Positions 62,001 through 64,000 of a stretch of DNA of 64,000 nt are shown piece by piece (within the stretch, counting starts at the first letter, position 1; every line of letters begins with the position of its first letter). This stretch comes from Camelus dromedarius (Eukaryota), in the NCBI RefSeq assembly GCF_036321535.1, contig NC_087436.1, positions 110,424,001-110,488,000 of the forward strand, in the 5' to 3' direction. The notes beneath the pieces are model-generated. The model had not been told where the DNA came from. It did no database searches and was given only the letters and a program-made list of their open reading frames with translations. Made by a program: the position numbers and the translations under genes.

Positions 62001-64000
62001 AATAGAAATAAAAATAATATATAAATATGCACCTACCTATAATTTTAAGAATGCTATAACCACATAAGATTAAAATATACACTTGCTATAACTCTGAGTT
62101 TTAAGTCCAGCGTTGTTAATTATGAAAACAAAAATTGGAATTTGGGCTGAAAATCACCGAATTAACCTACATTAAAGTTTCCATTTTATTCAGGAAGAAT
62201 GTACATAAGCCTTCCAGTTTTTACTTGATTTTGATAATTTTTTAAAATGTCACGTAAGACTTAATTTCCTTAAAAAAGTTATTTTACAAAGAAAGAGGTG
62301 AACTGAATTGATAAAATCTTAGTCTGTTTAAGTTTGTATTCGAATGTCCAGAGACCAGGCTCGCCACTGAGTCACCCTTGTCCGTTCTTGGTCCGGATGC
62401 CAGCGTTTTGGCTGCTAGCTTGTCAAAATGGATTTAAGGAAATCTTCGTGGTGCACCAGGTAACTGAAGATTGCCCAACTTTATTCTTAATCGTGTCCCT
62501 TCACCGTCAGCCGTGCATGGAGGACAGTCCCTGACCTTCCTGGTCTCTCTCTGTCTGCCTCGGAGTGCCACCTCGCAGCAGACCCACAAACACATCGGGC
62601 TCACACCCACCACGTTCCACAAGCCCGGGCCATCAACAGCTGCTTTGTGTTGCACTTACAAAAGTTCAGCTTGCTGTTAAGGGACCTCACAGCACTGTTT
62701 CTCTGTTATGACATTTTGACTCATTTGGACCTGAGATTACCCACATGGAGATTTCTGGCCTGGCCCCCAGGGTTTCCAGCCAGCATTTACAAACAGAGCT
62801 GGGGAAGATCCTCTTCCCAGAGGTGTGCATGGATTATCCCATTAGGAGTAGCTACAGGGCCAAGGAACCTTCCAGCTCGCTGGTTCTGGTTAGTGGCCCT
62901 GAGCCTGCGAGTTTTCTCTCTGTCTACACATGCTTACATTTGCATCCTGGTGTGCGTGGGGTTCCAGGAATTCGTAACACTTCACGCCTCATAACAAAGC
63001 CACCCTGTGAAGGGCTAACTCAGCAGGACCCAGAAATGTACCCATGGTCCCCATCCTGCCTCCTGCTCAGAATTCTCACTCCCTGAATCACCTCTCAGAC
63101 TACCGCCAGCACTGAGGAACTGTTGAAAAGCCACTGTATTTGCTCCCCTCTGTTTGCTTTTCACACCTTTCCTGCTTCAGGGGGAGGTGATCCGGCTTGC
63201 AGGTTTAAAAGAGCCGGCTCCTGAGCACTAGACTCCATTGAGGAGTGAAAGTAAACAGGAAGGGAGAAGGTTCACAGAATTCTTTATAACCTGTATGTTA
63301 AATTATGTCAACAGGATGCTGAGAACAAGACCTGTGGAGGGAATTCCACAACTAAATGATGAAATGATGGTGCCTGAATAGAGAGGCCTGCATGGTGTTT
63401 GTTCTCCTCACGTGAGAGTTTGGAAGGAGAGAATTTAGAAATGAAGGGGAGAAGTTAACTTTAAATAATCCAAAGATTACAACTATCATTTGGTGGCAGC
63501 GAAGACTCGGCTTCCACCTTACAGGAGAAACCAAATCAGGGGCTCAGAGAAACAGACCTTCCTTTGATTTGGATTTAGAGCTTTTGGGAGAAGTGTTATG
63601 CCTTAGGTTGTCCTCAGCATTTAGGATTTTTAAGAAGATTTTCTGTAAAAGGACTAAATTCAACTTCAGAAGAACACATTTTAAGTTAATGAAGAGATAT
63701 AAAGGGCAAAATATTACCTCCTTTCTGTCCTTCACCTGCCCCAGAGAACACACTCCCACGTGGGAATGCTTCAACTTCCCCCACAGTTTTTCTCAGAGAC
63801 ATCAAAGGATGCTGAATTAGGTTTAATAGTTTACAACTGGAATTTGTCTTTATGAAAACGTAGGGCTGTGTAATTTATGGAAATTAGGCATGCATGCGTC
63901 TCCATTGTGCTGTGAGGCATTATGATACAGTAGGATTAGGCAGGAAGACAGAGATCTCATGGTATATGAAAATACTTTGTGTCTAAACACTGCCCAGAGG

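Noticed and set aside
62334..63086. Cluster of overlapping 66-115 aa ORFs
   Set aside because: Expected from locally higher GC (fewer stop codons); no homology or domain recognised.
1..64000. A novel multi-gene system, or any host protein-coding gene
   Set aside because: No long ORF with protein-like composition and no convincing exon series. The window is dominated by mammalian interspersed repeats. A small isolated exon cannot be excluded by eye.

Overview
Non-coding, AT-rich mammalian genomic DNA, most likely camelid (camel/llama/alpaca). The host call rests on a Vic-1-type tRNA-derived SINE at 48283 and on L1 3' ends resembling camelid L1 as I recall it. I find no credible protein-coding exon, functional RNA gene, CRISPR array or operon-like system. 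The only ORFs with recognisable homology are L1 ORF2 fragments. About half the window is transposon-derived: ancient MIR/L2/CR1, MaLR and ERVL LTRs, a decayed ERVL pol segment, hAT/Tigger DNA transposons, old and younger L1s, and several solo LTRs. Highlights: (1) a young, CpG-rich 407-bp solo LTR (10377-10783) with a perfect 5-bp TSD and a 39-bp U3 tandem array of NRF1 and ARE/AP-1 motifs; (2) a second young solo LTR (42544-43007) with a perfect 4-bp TSD and an internal duplication; (3) three 5'-inverted (twin-primed) L1 insertions within 10 kb; (4) a tight posterior-HOX/CDX plus TCF/LEF motif cluster in unique sequence. I cannot support a new biological system here. Repeat family names come from remembered consensus sequences, not from a search, and boundaries of old repeats are approximate.
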